Origin: Myxococcales bacterium UBA4248
Lineage (GTDB): Bacteria > Myxococcota_A > Bradymonadia > UBA4248
Reading direction: 5' to 3'
Assembly (NCBI GenBank): GCA_002395385.1
Contig: DGWW01000300.1
Location: forward strand, 1 to 54,400
DNA length: 54,400 nucleotides
The position numbers and the translations under genes were made by a program. Positions within the stretch are counted from its first letter, which is position 1. Each line of letters opens with the position of its first letter. Shown here in pieces: positions 1 through 10,914 of this stretch. The notes below the pieces were generated by a model that was not told where the DNA came from, made no database searches, and was given only the letters and a program-made list of their open reading frames with translations.

Positions 1-120
1 AAGTGACAAAGGGGTGAGGTGGTGTGAGAAACGAAGCGGATTGGATATTGCGAACGGCAAGAGCCCTTTGGCGGGGTCCGGGGCTAAGCCCCGGCTGAAT
101 AGTAACAAAAACTCACTCAA

Positions 121-1674
121 TTAAAAATACTGATTCGCCCCCAAGTTAAACGGCTCATCATCGCGCATGCTGTCCAATGCGGTGTACGGCTTTCCGGCTG
201 CGGTATTGCCTTCGGCCGTGCCATACACATTCTTAAACGCATAACCGCCGCTTTCTCTGTTCGCATCGTTGTTCAGCAAACGCAGTTCTTTGACGTCGAT
301 TGCCGATAACATGCCGTCGATAAAATGGTTATTCTTGACACAGATTTTATTGCGATCGGCTAAATAGGCGCGCGAATTCTTCATCGTATTATCGATGAAT
401 ATATTGGGCGATTTCATGTCATATTTTTTCGACCCATACTGTACAAAGACGAGTTTTTGGCCATTGGCATTATTACAGGCCTTTTCAAAGGTATTCCCCA
501 CCAGAATCTGCGTCGTATTCGTATCCATGATGTACAGGCCATCGCGCTGCCATGTCAGGTCGCCCGACGAAAATGTATTATATTCGACGTGTAAATCCAT
601 CGTATCAGAGTTGGCGATATCGCCGCCATAATTGTCGTGAAAGTTGTTATGGTCGATGATGATATCGGCATTTTTCAGGCCTGCACCTTCGAGATCGATG
701 CCAAACTGAGGGTTCGTGCCTTTTGTGTGATGAATTTCATTGCCGGAAATCCGGATGCCAATGCCTCCGACAATCGACAAACCCTGGCGGCGATTGTTCC
801 ATATCTCAGAATTCGATATGGTAAAATGACTCGAAGACAAATATTGTATGCCATCCCCCGTGCTGTCGCTCATTCTGGTGCGATTGACATGAATGCGTTC
901 CGCTTTCTGCTGTATACAGATTAAACTGCAATCCTCATCCGTCCACGGAAGGCTCTGATAGGTATGTTCATCCCTGTCGCCTTTAAGATAGCCGCCTTCA
1001 ATGTAGACATCCTTGCGTCCTCTCGCGTCCAGGATGCAATACTCATGGGCACGGTTCGGTACAATCTGCAAGATTGCTTCTTTATCCATGATAAACGCAA
1101 TGCCATCCGGCAGAATGACACCTTCCATAAAATTATCCGGCGTAGGATCACTAATATAATACCCAATAGCATAATGGCCTTTAGGCAGGACAATGCGCTC
1201 ATAACCTTCTTTTTTGGCCCATGCTATCGCCGCATTGATGGCTTTGGTCGTCGCTTCGGCAGTCTCGGGATCATAGGTATTCTTATTCTTCCAGCGATCC
1301 AGTTCTATCGTATATTCTTTGCATCTTTCTGGGATATTGGGGAGATCAATGACCGGATGTGCAGGAACATCCCATTCGGCACATTTTTCAGTAATATCCT
1401 CCAACTTCGGCAGGACATCCTCGGTCATACAGGTGACGAGACCATCCGAAGCGGGTTCCTCCGGATTACTGCCGGGTTCCTCCGGATTACTGCCGGGTTC
1501 CTCCGGATTGCCCCCCGGTTCCTCAGGATTGCCCCCCGGTTCCTCCGGATTATTGCCGGGTTTATCGACATCCAATTGTTCTGGGGTATCCGTCTTGTCC
1601 GTATCGGACGAATCATTCGAACAGGAGGCAACGATTAAAATGCTGCTCAACAAAAAAAATACATACTTTTTCAT
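121..1674 (-). CDS. Lipoprotein with right-handed parallel beta-helix (pectin-lyase-like) domain
   Basis: Signal/lipobox MKKYVFFLLSSILIVASC after an AGGAGG RBS (ORF track starts at 1701); NPEEPG linker; beta-helix motifs (TGDGI, NNRRQGLSI, PQFGIDLE). Confidence 0.75.
   Translation of the reverse strand: MKKYVFFLLSSILIVASCSNDSSDTDKTDTPEQLDVDKPGNNPEEPGGNPEEPGGNPEEPGSNPEEPGSNPEEPASDGLVTCMTEDVLPKLEDITEKCAEWDVPAHPVIDLPNIPERCKEYTIELDRWKNKNTYDPETAEATTKAINAAIAWAKKEGYERIVLPKGHYAIGYYISDPTPDNFMEGVILPDGIAFIMDKEAILQIVPNRAHEYCILDARGRKDVYIEGGYLKGDRDEHTYQSLPWTDEDCSLICIQQKAERIHVNRTRMSDSTGDGIQYLSSSHFTISNSEIWNNRRQGLSIVGGIGIRISGNEIHHTKGTNPQFGIDLEGAGLKNADIIIDHNNFHDNYGGDIANSDTMDLHVEYNTFSSGDLTWQRDGLYIMDTNTTQILVGNTFEKACNNANGQKLVFVQYGSKKYDMKSPNIFIDNTMKNSRAYLADRNKICVKNNHFIDGMLSAIDVKELRLLNNDANRESGGYAFKNVYGTAEGNTAAGKPYTALDSMRDDEPFNLGANQYF
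1452..1556. repeat. Coding 21-bp tandem repeat x5 (NPEEPGG/NPEEPGS linker)
   Basis: cgggttcctccggattactgc-like unit read directly. Confidence 0.9.
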
Positions 1675-1814
1675 CCGATCATCCCTCCTATCCCAAAACA
1701 AAATCAGACCGATTGGGTGTTTATCACGTCCGCATACTCAACAGCAGACACCAAAACAACCTTAATATAGCGTTTACATTTTGAATGTCCTCTTTTTATT
1801 TGTATCTCTGCGTA

Positions 1815-2022
1815 ATTACGATTCAGCCCCGAGCATTTTACGAATCATTGTTCACTATTCACCATTCACTATTCACTGCTTATGTTATCCAATAATGACG
1901 ATTCTTTTGATTTTACCCCGAATCAGGCCTCATTATGACTCACAGTTCATTATTTCCAGTGAATACGTAATAGTGAATAACGAATAACACGCCTTGTCCC
2001 CATTCCAGGGCTGAGTAGTCAC
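1815..2022. mobile_element. MITE-like element, family A (ends ATTACGATTCAGCCC / GGGCTGAGTAGTCAC)
   Basis: Imperfect 15-bp inverted ends shared with 16709-16920 and 20065-20283; internal TTCACTA heptamers. Confidence 0.55.
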
Positions 2023-2160
2023 TATGATTCCAACCTAAAACATGCTTTCGCATTATAGCCAAAAATGATACTGCTTTATCGTTTTCTGTCTTTGCCTCCA
2101 TGGATTTGCAGTTTTCATGTGTGAGCGTTCAGACACCAATTTTCAACCACAGGCCAAACC

Positions 2161-3453
2161 ATGATCAACGATTTTATTTCTTTTCTCGAAGCATCGCCCG
2201 TCAACTTCCTCGCATGTCATGAAATTGAGCGCCGCTTAAAACTTGCCGGCTATAAGGCTTTTAATCCGGCGGATTCTCTTATTGCATGTGCGCCCGGTGA
2301 TCGTTTTTATATTACCAAAAATGATTCTTCCATCTATGCATTCCATATTGGCCAGATGCCCATGTGGCAAGCAGGATTTCGCCTCATCTGCGCGCATTGT
2401 GACTCCCCGTCTTTCCGCATCAAACCCAATCCGGAGATCTGTGTTCACAACAAGCTGGTCAAACTCAATGTCGAAGCTTATGGCGGCGTCATCTACAATA
2501 CCTGGTTCGATCGCCCTCTGAGCATTGCCGGCCGCGTCATTGTCAAAGGCCCGGATGCCATGCATCCTGTCACGCATCTCCTGCATATCAAACGGCCTTT
2601 GCTGACCATTCCCAACCTTTGCATTCATTTTAACCGGCAGGTCAATGACGGTGCCAAAATCAGTGTTCAAAAAGAAATTCAGCCCATTCTCGGTCTGGTT
2701 ACAAATGATCTCGAAAAAAATAGCATGTTGATCGAGTGCATCAGCAAAGAACTCAAAATCGACAGAGACCAAATTCTGGATTTCGACCTCTATTTGTACG
2801 ACACCTCCGCGCCATGTACATTGGGCATACACGATGAATTTATCTCTGCAGGCCGTCTGGATGATCTCGAAATGGTCTATGCAGGCCTCAAAGCACTCAC
2901 GATAAACGCAAACAGCATCCCCAAAACGACACAGATCCTGGCTATTTTTGACAACGAAGAAACGGGATCCCACACCAAACAGGGCGCGGCCAGTCCATTT
3001 TTGGCGAGTTTTGTCCAGCGCATGATTTTAGCCCAGAACGGAAGTATGGACGATTATTATCGCGCCATTGAACATGCCTTTATGGTCAGTGCGGACAATG
3101 CGCATGCTTATCATCCCAATTATGCCGAAAAGAGCGATCCCGTCTGTTATCCGATGCTTGGCGGTGGTCCGGCCATCAAATTCAATGCAGCTCAGAAGTA
3201 TGCAAGCGATGCTTTCTCGGCATCCGTCTTTTCATCCGTCTGCAAAGAGGCTGGTATTCCCTGCCAGAAATTCGTCAATCATGGGGATGTTGCGGGCGGC
3301 AGTACCCTGGGCAATATCTTTACTTCGACCATGCCAATACAGGGGGTCGACATGGGAGCCGCCATCCTGGCCATGCACAGCATACGCGAAACGGGAAGCG
3401 TCAAAGACCTCGAGTATTGCATTCGTGCCTTTGAAAAATTCTATACATTATAG
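2161..3453 (+). CDS. apeB: M18 family (aspartyl) aminopeptidase
   Basis: AHCDSP, GRLDDL, DNEETGS, SADNAHAYHPNY, GGSTLG, LAMHSIRE motifs. Confidence 0.9.
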   Translation: MINDFISFLEASPVNFLACHEIERRLKLAGYKAFNPADSLIACAPGDRFYITKNDSSIYAFHIGQMPMWQAGFRLICAHCDSPSFRIKPNPEICVHNKLVKLNVEAYGGVIYNTWFDRPLSIAGRVIVKGPDAMHPVTHLLHIKRPLLTIPNLCIHFNRQVNDGAKISVQKEIQPILGLVTNDLEKNSMLIECISKELKIDRDQILDFDLYLYDTSAPCTLGIHDEFISAGRLDDLEMVYAGLKALTINANSIPKTTQILAIFDNEETGSHTKQGAASPFLASFVQRMILAQNGSMDDYYRAIEHAFMVSADNAHAYHPNYAEKSDPVCYPMLGGGPAIKFNAAQKYASDAFSASVFSSVCKEAGIPCQKFVNHGDVAGGSTLGNIFTSTMPIQGVDMGAAILAMHSIRETGSVKDLEYCIRAFEKFYTL

Positions 3454-3496
3454 TTTGCATGACGGGGGGTTGCGGGGTGTCCCCGCATCGGGGGTA

Positions 3497-3525
3497 GGCG
3501 CGTATTTGCCAAAGCAAATAGCGCC
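3497..3525. repeat. Bulged-hairpin module (family H)
   Basis: GGCGC-G-TATTTGC caaa GCAAATA-GCGCC, set among G/C-run hairpins at 3463-3545. Confidence 0.7.
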
Positions 3526-3608
3526 GCAGGGGGCTCGGCCCCCTGAAAAATAAGTAGCGATTTATCCATCTGTTGTTTTCAGATTCCCCATTGATAAAAA
3601 AAATCTAT

Positions 3609-3762
3609 AATTCATAATGCTCAATTCATAATGCAGAATGATTTTGCAAAACCAAAAGAATAATCTAAATACTCAGAGTGCTACATTTCATTATGCATTC
3701 TTCATTATGCATTATGCATTCTTCATTATGCATTATGCATTCTTCATTATGCATTTTGCATT
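3609..3762. repeat. Heptamer-based inverted/tandem array (TTCATTA/TGCATTA)
   Basis: cataatg-type left arm (3609-3640); 21-bp ttcattatgcattatgcattc tandem right arm (3687-3762). Confidence 0.8.
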
Positions 3763-3842
3763 AACAAATAATTTGAGCCTTCGAAAATAAACAAACCGAG
3801 GTGCTGAATATAACCAAATCATCAATCTTTCTTGGATGAGGT

Positions 3843-4721
3843 ATGGACATGAAACATTTTTTTATGACGATTTGCATGGGTGCGCTGATGTTCGCTGCTG
3901 CGGGTTGCAGTTCTGCTCCTAAAACCGCCACCGAACCAGTATCCGAACAAACCGAGACTGCACAACCCACACCTGCGGAAGATACCCCGCAGGCAAATCC
4001 TCAAAAGACGGAGAATACAGACATGGCCGAAATGACGATGGAAGACGGTTTTCAGATGGATGCGTTCAAAACACAATCCGGCAAAGATATTAAACTCTAT
4101 TGTATCAAACACGGCAGCCTTCGCATTCGTTACGGAGAGACGGAATTCGAAATTGACCCGGTAACCGACCTCAATGGCGTTGTGACAGATTATACAAAGC
4201 TGCCAAAAGCCGATTATATCATTGTCACGCACGAGCACTTTGATCACTTCGATAAAGCGGCAATGGATACGCTCACAAAAGACGGTTCTACCATCATCAC
4301 GAACGACAGCGTTGCCGGTATTTACGGCAAGGGCGACGTCATGGCCAACGGCGATGAGAAATCACTCCGCGATGATATTCATTTAAAAGCCGTTCCAGCT
4401 TACAATACAACTGCCGGACATGAAAAGTTTCATCCCAAAGGGCGCGACAACGGTTTTATCCTGACACTCGACAATTTTAGAATATATATTGCCGGTGATA
4501 CCGAAGATATTCCCGAGATGGCCGACATTAAAGATATCGACGTGGCATTCCTGCCCTGCAATCAGCCCTACACGATGACGCCAGAACAGCTGAACAAAGC
4601 AACACGAGTGATTCAGCCCAAAGTATTATTCCCCTATCACTACGGCCAGACAGATATGAAACAAGTCACGGATCTGCTCAAAGACAGCGGTGTGGACGTC
4701 CGAATTCGCAATTATCAGTAA
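3843..4721 (+). CDS. MBL-fold metallo-hydrolase lipoprotein (Lactamase_B_3-like)
   Basis: Lipobox AAGC; THEHFDH, YIAGDT and PYHYG motifs. Confidence 0.85.
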   Translation: MDMKHFFMTICMGALMFAAAGCSSAPKTATEPVSEQTETAQPTPAEDTPQANPQKTENTDMAEMTMEDGFQMDAFKTQSGKDIKLYCIKHGSLRIRYGETEFEIDPVTDLNGVVTDYTKLPKADYIIVTHEHFDHFDKAAMDTLTKDGSTIITNDSVAGIYGKGDVMANGDEKSLRDDIHLKAVPAYNTTAGHEKFHPKGRDNGFILTLDNFRIYIAGDTEDIPEMADIKDIDVAFLPCNQPYTMTPEQLNKATRVIQPKVLFPYHYGQTDMKQVTDLLKDSGVDVRIRNYQ

Positions 4722-4803
4722 TAAAATAATCAACCAGCCAACCTCCAGTTCTCAGAAAAGCATTTGAAGGGCGGATCTGGCCATACATCCGGAAAGGCTG
4801 GTT

Positions 4804-5934
4804 TTAAAAATTCTTGGCAACCCCGAACCACAAATCGATCGTACTTCCGAAATTGGCTTCAAAATCGACGAGCCATCCATTCGATATATTAAAGTTAAAA
4901 TCGAGCGAGAATATACCGACACCGGGCACGGGAACCGTCTGGTAAATGCGGCTCGGGGCGCTGAGTTGACCAATATAATAATCCGAGCGATAGCGATAAG
5001 TGAATGTAAAATTGAGATCACGCATGGGGTTTATGCTGAGAGCGGATTCGAGCACCAGATTCGTATCATGATCTTTAAATCCCGATTGGGAGGCATATTC
5101 AAATTCATAGAAACTGGCCCCAACCCCCAATCGATTGATATATCTCAAATTTTCGAGATGTCCGAACCAGGATCCCAGATCGAGCGAAAACTCGATGTAA
5201 GGATTGAACTTGAGCGTTTTGTAATCGTTGTTCAGATGATCTTCGAATTTGGTATCTGCCGCAATCGCAAGATATGTCCGTGTGTGCTCGCCATACCAAA
5301 CGGCAACACCTAAATCCGCTCCCAAAGCGTAATTCGAAAAACTAGTGAGATTGACATCACCGTATGGTTTTACCCAGAATCGCTCATTCCGATAGGTATA
5401 GGCGAATTGAAGTCCAAAATTGAAATCACTCGACGGCAGCCATCTCAACGCCAAATCGACAGTATTGCCGTATGGATCGAAGGTATTCTCTGCCAATATA
5501 AAGGAATTGCCTTTGAATGTGCCGAAGACATCAAAAATGTAACTCGCGATAAATAGCGTCACACCATAATGAAAAAGGGATTTCCACAGGCCCGACAATG
5601 CCTTGTCGTCATTCGACAACGAACCGATGAGCAGCGAAGTTGCCATCATGCCCACAGATGCCCCTTCCATCCCCAGAAGTTTATAGTGGCTGCTCATATC
5701 ATCGATACAGTAGTGCCCATACCCGCGCCATACCGTCGAAATCAGGATCGACAAGAATCCGCATTTGTTGGAACTCTTATTGGCATTGACGCGCCGAACT
5801 TCCCATTCTCCCTCGGCCAGTTCATCGTCGGTTTTCCCCTCAACTTCATCGAGGGACAATGCCAACGCCATGGACGGAACAAACAGGGACAGGCTGGCCA
5901 GGAATAGCCCTATGAACGTTCGGTTTCGGATCAT
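4804..5934 (-). CDS. Hypothetical secreted protein, probably outer-membrane beta-barrel
   Basis: Signal peptide, alternating aromatic beta-strands, C-terminal Phe; ATGA overlap with the upstream gene. Confidence 0.6.
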   Translation of the reverse strand: MIRNRTFIGLFLASLSLFVPSMALALSLDEVEGKTDDELAEGEWEVRRVNANKSSNKCGFLSILISTVWRGYGHYCIDDMSSHYKLLGMEGASVGMMATSLLIGSLSNDDKALSGLWKSLFHYGVTLFIASYIFDVFGTFKGNSFILAENTFDPYGNTVDLALRWLPSSDFNFGLQFAYTYRNERFWVKPYGDVNLTSFSNYALGADLGVAVWYGEHTRTYLAIAADTKFEDHLNNDYKTLKFNPYIEFSLDLGSWFGHLENLRYINRLGVGASFYEFEYASQSGFKDHDTNLVLESALSINPMRDLNFTFTYRYRSDYYIGQLSAPSRIYQTVPVPGVGIFSLDFNFNISNGWLVDFEANFGSTIDLWFGVAKNF

Positions 5935-7601
5935 TTGGGGGCCACTATCGTCCTGGAAGGCGTGGAATCCATTGTGGATTGCATGGCAAAGGAAGCACTG
6001 TCATTCGATGTGACCTGACGAAGTGCGGGAAGCATCTGGTATTTGTGTCCGGGCATGAGTTCTGCCAGGCGGCTTTGCAATTCCCCGGGATTTTTCCAGG
6101 AATCGGACGGCAGGTTTTTGAGGATCGAAACCGCCATATAGGGCAATACCTCATGAACCGAGGGGGCACGGTGATACAGTTTTTCGAAACTGGCGCTGAA
6201 CTGCGCATCCACGCTCGTGGCAGCCTCTGCATAATCGAGATAAATGGCATCGACGATGAATTTGTAATTGTGTTCTTTGGCAATCGGCGACCAAGCACTC
6301 GTCGAAAGACATGTCACAAAGCGGCGTGCATCGACTTTGGCATTGGGCTGCGGCGTTCCCGGACGTTTGCACCAGAGGTTTTCCTGGGCCAAAAAGCTCG
6401 CGATGCGCTCTGCAGCATCCACACTGGTCGGAAAGACCACAACATCGGGGTTCTGCTTTGCGACTTTTTTGGCCAAATCCCTCAGATCGGTCTGATTTGC
6501 AGGGTATGTCTGCGTCGATACCTTTTGAACAGACAAATTGGTCTGCAGATTTTGGGCTGCTGTATTGACATAGACATCTTCGGGGCCGACGACTGCAATA
6601 TTCGCCCCATTGATGCTCACGATTAGTTGTGCCAATGTCTGCATCTCACCCTCGAGGGAGTACGAAAACAGATTGGCGCGCGGAGAATACTGCAGATATT
6701 CCTCATTGGGAGAAAAAGAAATCAGCGTCGTCTCGTCAGTCAATGCTTTGGCAGCTGCAGCACTCTCGCGGACATCGATTGGCCCGAGGATGAGATTTGC
6801 CCCCAAAGATTGAGCTTCGCTCATGATTTGGGGAATCGACTGCACACTCGATTTGGTATCAAAAAACCGAAGTGCAAAAGGCAGCGACTGATGATGATAG
6901 ACCCCCGATGCCTGAATGATGGCACCGAGCATCGCGCGCCCTATTTTTCGGTCATTCCCGGAAAGCGGCAAAAAGACGGCAACTGTCGGGATGCCAGTCG
7001 ATTGAGATCCATAGACCGTCCTGAGCTGCTGCGCGCGGTCGAGATCACCCAACATCTCGAGGGATTGCGTCGTCTTGGGAAGCATTGCCTCGACACATGC
7101 AGAATCCTTTTGTGAAGCACAGGCGACGAGAAGCTGTTCACCCAAAATGGCCTGTTCGAAGTGGGTCGTCGCCTTGCTTTCGAGCCGCTTCAATTCGATG
7201 GGCGTGAGCTGGGATGCCGCATACATGGCAACATATTTGGCATCATTGCCCGGATTGGCTACATAACTCGAAGTGGCAAGCCCAAATGCCTGCGTCCATG
7301 CAGCATTGTCCAGCTGTTCATGGGCATCGCGAAGGTCTTTTTGGGACTGTTCCTGAAGTTCCGGCCCTGTAACAGGCGGATTGTCTACCGGATTGACAAC
7401 GCCCGTGGATGCATTTGTCGTGGACGCATTCGCTGCAGCATCGACGGATGCGGTTGCTGAACCTTCGTGATTCGGCTTCGTCTGTACCGAAGCCGCCGTA
7501 TTGGTCTGGTTATTCGAATTGGAAAAAAGCGAACAACCCTCTATCGCCAGCAAGCTGTAAGCTAATAAAATGAAGAATGAAAAACTGTGCTTCATGAGCA
7601 A
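5931..7601 (-). CDS. LpoA/LppC-like lipoprotein with type 1 periplasmic-binding fold
   Basis: Lipobox IEGC; VAVFLPLSG, FFDTKS and LILGP motifs. Confidence 0.7.
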   Translation of the reverse strand: MLMKHSFSFFILLAYSLLAIEGCSLFSNSNNQTNTAASVQTKPNHEGSATASVDAAANASTTNASTGVVNPVDNPPVTGPELQEQSQKDLRDAHEQLDNAAWTQAFGLATSSYVANPGNDAKYVAMYAASQLTPIELKRLESKATTHFEQAILGEQLLVACASQKDSACVEAMLPKTTQSLEMLGDLDRAQQLRTVYGSQSTGIPTVAVFLPLSGNDRKIGRAMLGAIIQASGVYHHQSLPFALRFFDTKSSVQSIPQIMSEAQSLGANLILGPIDVRESAAAAKALTDETTLISFSPNEEYLQYSPRANLFSYSLEGEMQTLAQLIVSINGANIAVVGPEDVYVNTAAQNLQTNLSVQKVSTQTYPANQTDLRDLAKKVAKQNPDVVVFPTSVDAAERIASFLAQENLWCKRPGTPQPNAKVDARRFVTCLSTSAWSPIAKEHNYKFIVDAIYLDYAEAATSVDAQFSASFEKLYHRAPSVHEVLPYMAVSILKNLPSDSWKNPGELQSRLAELMPGHKYQMLPALRQVTSNDSASFAMQSTMDSTPSRTIVAPK

Positions 7602-7775
7602 ATCTTTTTTTGCACAAATTCCGGAATAAAATCATAAAACAATGATGGCATCGATCGTGCCCCGGCGGATTTTCCTACACCAAATGCCATAGTTTGTTAT
7701 AGAAGAAAACACCCTTGAAATGCAAAAATGCATTTTAGGCAAAATCATTGTCGTGTGATTATGGAGAAAACTGGA

Positions 7776-9122
7776 ATGAAAATGCGTTTATTTTGGCTTG
7801 GATTAATAGCAATTTCCTTGACTTCCTGTGCCTCGGGTTCGCCGAAGCAGGCCGAACCTGCCACCGCTGCGGATGAAGCCCCCGCCGCCGACTCGAAACA
7901 AACGCAAGTACCAGAACAAGTCTCCAAACCGATTGCAACCGTGACACCAGATGACATGCTTCGCAAATCCCAGGAAAATGCCGACCTGATGATTTATGAA
8001 TCCTGGCCGCTCGAAACCTCACTGGACAACGATCACATTGCAAACGTCATCCCCGTGTGGATCGACGCCATTAACGGCGCCAAAGAAACGCTGGATTTTT
8101 CCGAGTACTATGCCATCACCAAGGAGGATACGGGGCTCGACAAGGTACTGACTGCGCTCGAAGATGCGACACAGCGCGGCGTAAAAATTCGTTTTCTCAT
8201 CGATGAAAAACTCAACACCGATGCCAATGCCGAACTCCCCAAACTTCTGGCACAAATGCCCAATGTCGAACTCAGGACCATCGATTACACCAAAATCACC
8301 GGCGGTGGTGTCCAGCATTCCAAATATTTCATCGTCGATGGCAAAACGGCCTATTTCGGTTCGCAGAATTTCGACTGGCGATCGCTGGAGCATATCTCGG
8401 AAATGGGCGCCAGACTTAGACCAGAGGCACTCGTCGAACCCATGAAGGAAATCTTCGAAATCGACTGGGCACTGGCGAAAGATCCCTCCAGCACGATTAC
8501 CAAATCGGCCTGCAAAGGTGCCATCGACATCGACTATAAAGGCGAGACGACCCACATCGAAACAGTGGCAAGCCCCAAAGAGGTATTGCCCTGCGATGAC
8601 ATGTGGGATTTGCCTAAAATGATCGCCCTCATCGGGCAGGCCAAAACATCGGTTTCGGTGCAGCTGCTCAATTATGCAACGACCAACTACGACAAAACCA
8701 AATTCACCGAGCTCGACGATGCTTTGACTGCGGCAGCCGCTCGCGGCGTCAAAGTGCGCCTGCTCGTTTCGGATTGGTCGACCAAACCCAAAACCATCGC
8801 GGACCTCAAACGCCTGTCTGATATCCCGAATATCGAATGCCGCATGCTCGAAGTGCCCGAACATTCCTCAGGTTTTGTCCCCTACTCGAGAACGATCCAC
8901 TCCAAATTTATGGTCGTCGATGATGCAGATACCTGGCTCGGAACGAGCAACTGGGGCGGCGATTATTTCTATAAATCGCGCAACGTCGGCATTATCGCAC
9001 ACGGCAAAACGCTCAATGCAGAACTGACCAAAAGCTTCGAACATTACTGGGACAGCCCGTACATCATCAAAGTCGATTCCGCGACCGACTATCCTGTAAA
9101 AAATCAGGCCAAGAAACAATAA
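7776..9122 (+). CDS. Phospholipase D superfamily lipoprotein (PLD3/K4-like, two HKD motifs)
   Basis: HSKYFIVD...GSQNFDWRSL and HSKFMVVD...GTSNW; lipobox LTSC; start chosen after GGAG. Confidence 0.85.
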   Translation: MKMRLFWLGLIAISLTSCASGSPKQAEPATAADEAPAADSKQTQVPEQVSKPIATVTPDDMLRKSQENADLMIYESWPLETSLDNDHIANVIPVWIDAINGAKETLDFSEYYAITKEDTGLDKVLTALEDATQRGVKIRFLIDEKLNTDANAELPKLLAQMPNVELRTIDYTKITGGGVQHSKYFIVDGKTAYFGSQNFDWRSLEHISEMGARLRPEALVEPMKEIFEIDWALAKDPSSTITKSACKGAIDIDYKGETTHIETVASPKEVLPCDDMWDLPKMIALIGQAKTSVSVQLLNYATTNYDKTKFTELDDALTAAAARGVKVRLLVSDWSTKPKTIADLKRLSDIPNIECRMLEVPEHSSGFVPYSRTIHSKFMVVDDADTWLGTSNWGGDYFYKSRNVGIIAHGKTLNAELTKSFEHYWDSPYIIKVDSATDYPVKNQAKKQ

Positions 9123-9204
9123 CTTAACACATATTTTGTCATTTTCTTTTACATTTTTTGCGCCGTGTTTTTTTCGGCCCTGCGGGCCTCAAATGCACAC
9201 GGCG

Positions 9205-9327
9205 TGCGCGGCTATTTGCAATACGCCGCGCATTCTTTTTGGCTATGTTCAACCATGCGAAGGCGTATCGCACCGCAGGGGCGATAGCCGAAGCGCGAGC
9301 CGTATGGCCAACGGCCATAGGCGAAGC
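9205..9327. repeat. Family H element, three hairpin modules
   Basis: GCTAT..ATACGC; GGCGTATCGC..GCGATAGCC; GAGCCGTATGGCC aac GGCCATAGGCGAAGC. Confidence 0.75.
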
Positions 9328-9365
9328 ACAAAATACCCTTAAAAATCAAAACATTAAACAGACAA

Positions 9366-10739
9366 ATGAAAGTACTCATCGAAACCTACGGATGCCAGAT
9401 GAACACCGCCGATAGCGAGCTCATCATGGGCATTTTAAATGCTGACGGGTTCGAGGCAGCGCATTCCCTCGACGAAGCAGATGTCATCATCCTCAATACC
9501 TGTGCCGTTCGGGAAAAGGCCGAAGCACGCATCCTGGGGCGCCTGACCAACCTCGTACCTTTTAAAAAACTCAAGCCGGGCCTGATGATAGGCGTCGTCG
9601 GCTGCATGGCAAAGCATCTGGGGGAAAGCCTCATCGAAAAAGTCCGATACGTCGATTTTGTCGCCGGGCCCGATCAATACAGGAATTTGCCTGCTATCAT
9701 TAAAAATAAGCGAAAAAAAGCCGAGGTTCATGTCGAATTTGACCGCAGCGAACTTTATACGGGATGCACGCCAACACGGCCAAAAGGCGTGACCGCATGG
9801 GTTTCGATTCAGCGTGGATGCAACTATGTGTGCACTTACTGCATCGTGCCGCATGTCCGCGGTGTCGAAAGAAATGTCCCGGCCATCGACATTCTCGATG
9901 AAGTCAGGCGCCTGGTTTCACAAGGGTTTTCGGTCATCACGCTGCTCGGACAGACCGTAAATTCCTATCAGGATGGCGACATCAATTTTGCCAAACTCCT
10001 CAGAATGGTCGCCCAAATCGAAGGCGTCGAACAAGTGCGGTTCACATCGCCGCATCCGCTGGGATTTAGCGATGAACTCATCGATGTCATTGCCACCGAA
10101 CCGCACGTCGCCAAATTCGTCCATCTGCCGCTGCAATCGGCGAGTAATGATCAACTCAAGGCGATGCGGCGTGTTTACACATTCGAAGGCTATCTGGAAA
10201 TTGTGCGCAAATTGCGCGAGAAATGCCCGGAGATCGCGATTTCTACCGATATTATCGTGGGATTCTGCGGTGAAACCGAAGAAGATTATCTCAAAACCCG
10301 TCAGGCACTCATCGACAACCGCTATGCTTTTGCATTTTTGTTCGCCTATTCCGAGCGATCCCTTTCGATTGCGGCACGCACCATGAAAGATGACATCCCC
10401 AATGAGGTCAAACAAAGGCGGCTGGCGGAGATCATCGACATTCAGCAAAAAATTTCCAAAGAAGTCTACGAATCTTTTGTCGGCAAACGCGTCGAAGTCA
10501 TTGTCGAAGGCTATTCGAGACGCGATGCAGAGAATGCCGTAGGAAATACGCGCGATTTTAAGACGACCATTTTCCCCAAGGGCGATGCAGAACCCGGGGA
10601 TTGGGTCGAAGTCGAGATCGAATCGGCAACGAGCCAAACACTCGTCGGGCATTGTACGCGCATCCTCAAAAAAGGGCGTGCCCCGGTCATCGAAGCACAG
10701 CTCGATGTCGGCATCAGCCTGGGACCCACTGAGAATTAA
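9366..10739 (+). CDS. miaB: tRNA-2-methylthio-N6-dimethylallyladenosine synthase
   Basis: TYGCQMN, NTCAVRE, radical SAM GCNYVCTYC, TDIIVGF, C-terminal TRAM domain. Confidence 0.95.
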   Translation: MKVLIETYGCQMNTADSELIMGILNADGFEAAHSLDEADVIILNTCAVREKAEARILGRLTNLVPFKKLKPGLMIGVVGCMAKHLGESLIEKVRYVDFVAGPDQYRNLPAIIKNKRKKAEVHVEFDRSELYTGCTPTRPKGVTAWVSIQRGCNYVCTYCIVPHVRGVERNVPAIDILDEVRRLVSQGFSVITLLGQTVNSYQDGDINFAKLLRMVAQIEGVEQVRFTSPHPLGFSDELIDVIATEPHVAKFVHLPLQSASNDQLKAMRRVYTFEGYLEIVRKLREKCPEIAISTDIIVGFCGETEEDYLKTRQALIDNRYAFAFLFAYSERSLSIAARTMKDDIPNEVKQRRLAEIIDIQQKISKEVYESFVGKRVEVIVEGYSRRDAENAVGNTRDFKTTIFPKGDAEPGDWVEVEIESATSQTLVGHCTRILKKGRAPVIEAQLDVGISLGPTEN

Positions 10740-10751
10740 TGCGATTGATTA

Positions 10752-10832
10752 ACAAACGGATTTGCTCAGGCCTAACGGCCTTCGCGTTTTATAAAAAAGT
10801 GAGCATCGTTAGATGCGAACAAATCCGTTTGT
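10752..10832. mobile_element. MITE-like element, family B, short copy (TIR ACAAACGGATTTG)
   Basis: Perfect 13-bp inverted ends; ends shared with 36398-36594. Confidence 0.6.
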
Positions 10833-10914
10833 AAAATAAATGGAAGATATTTACTCATCCTCCTATGAGGACGATGTATTCATTTATGCCTCCGCACGAA
10901 AAAAGCTAAAACCA

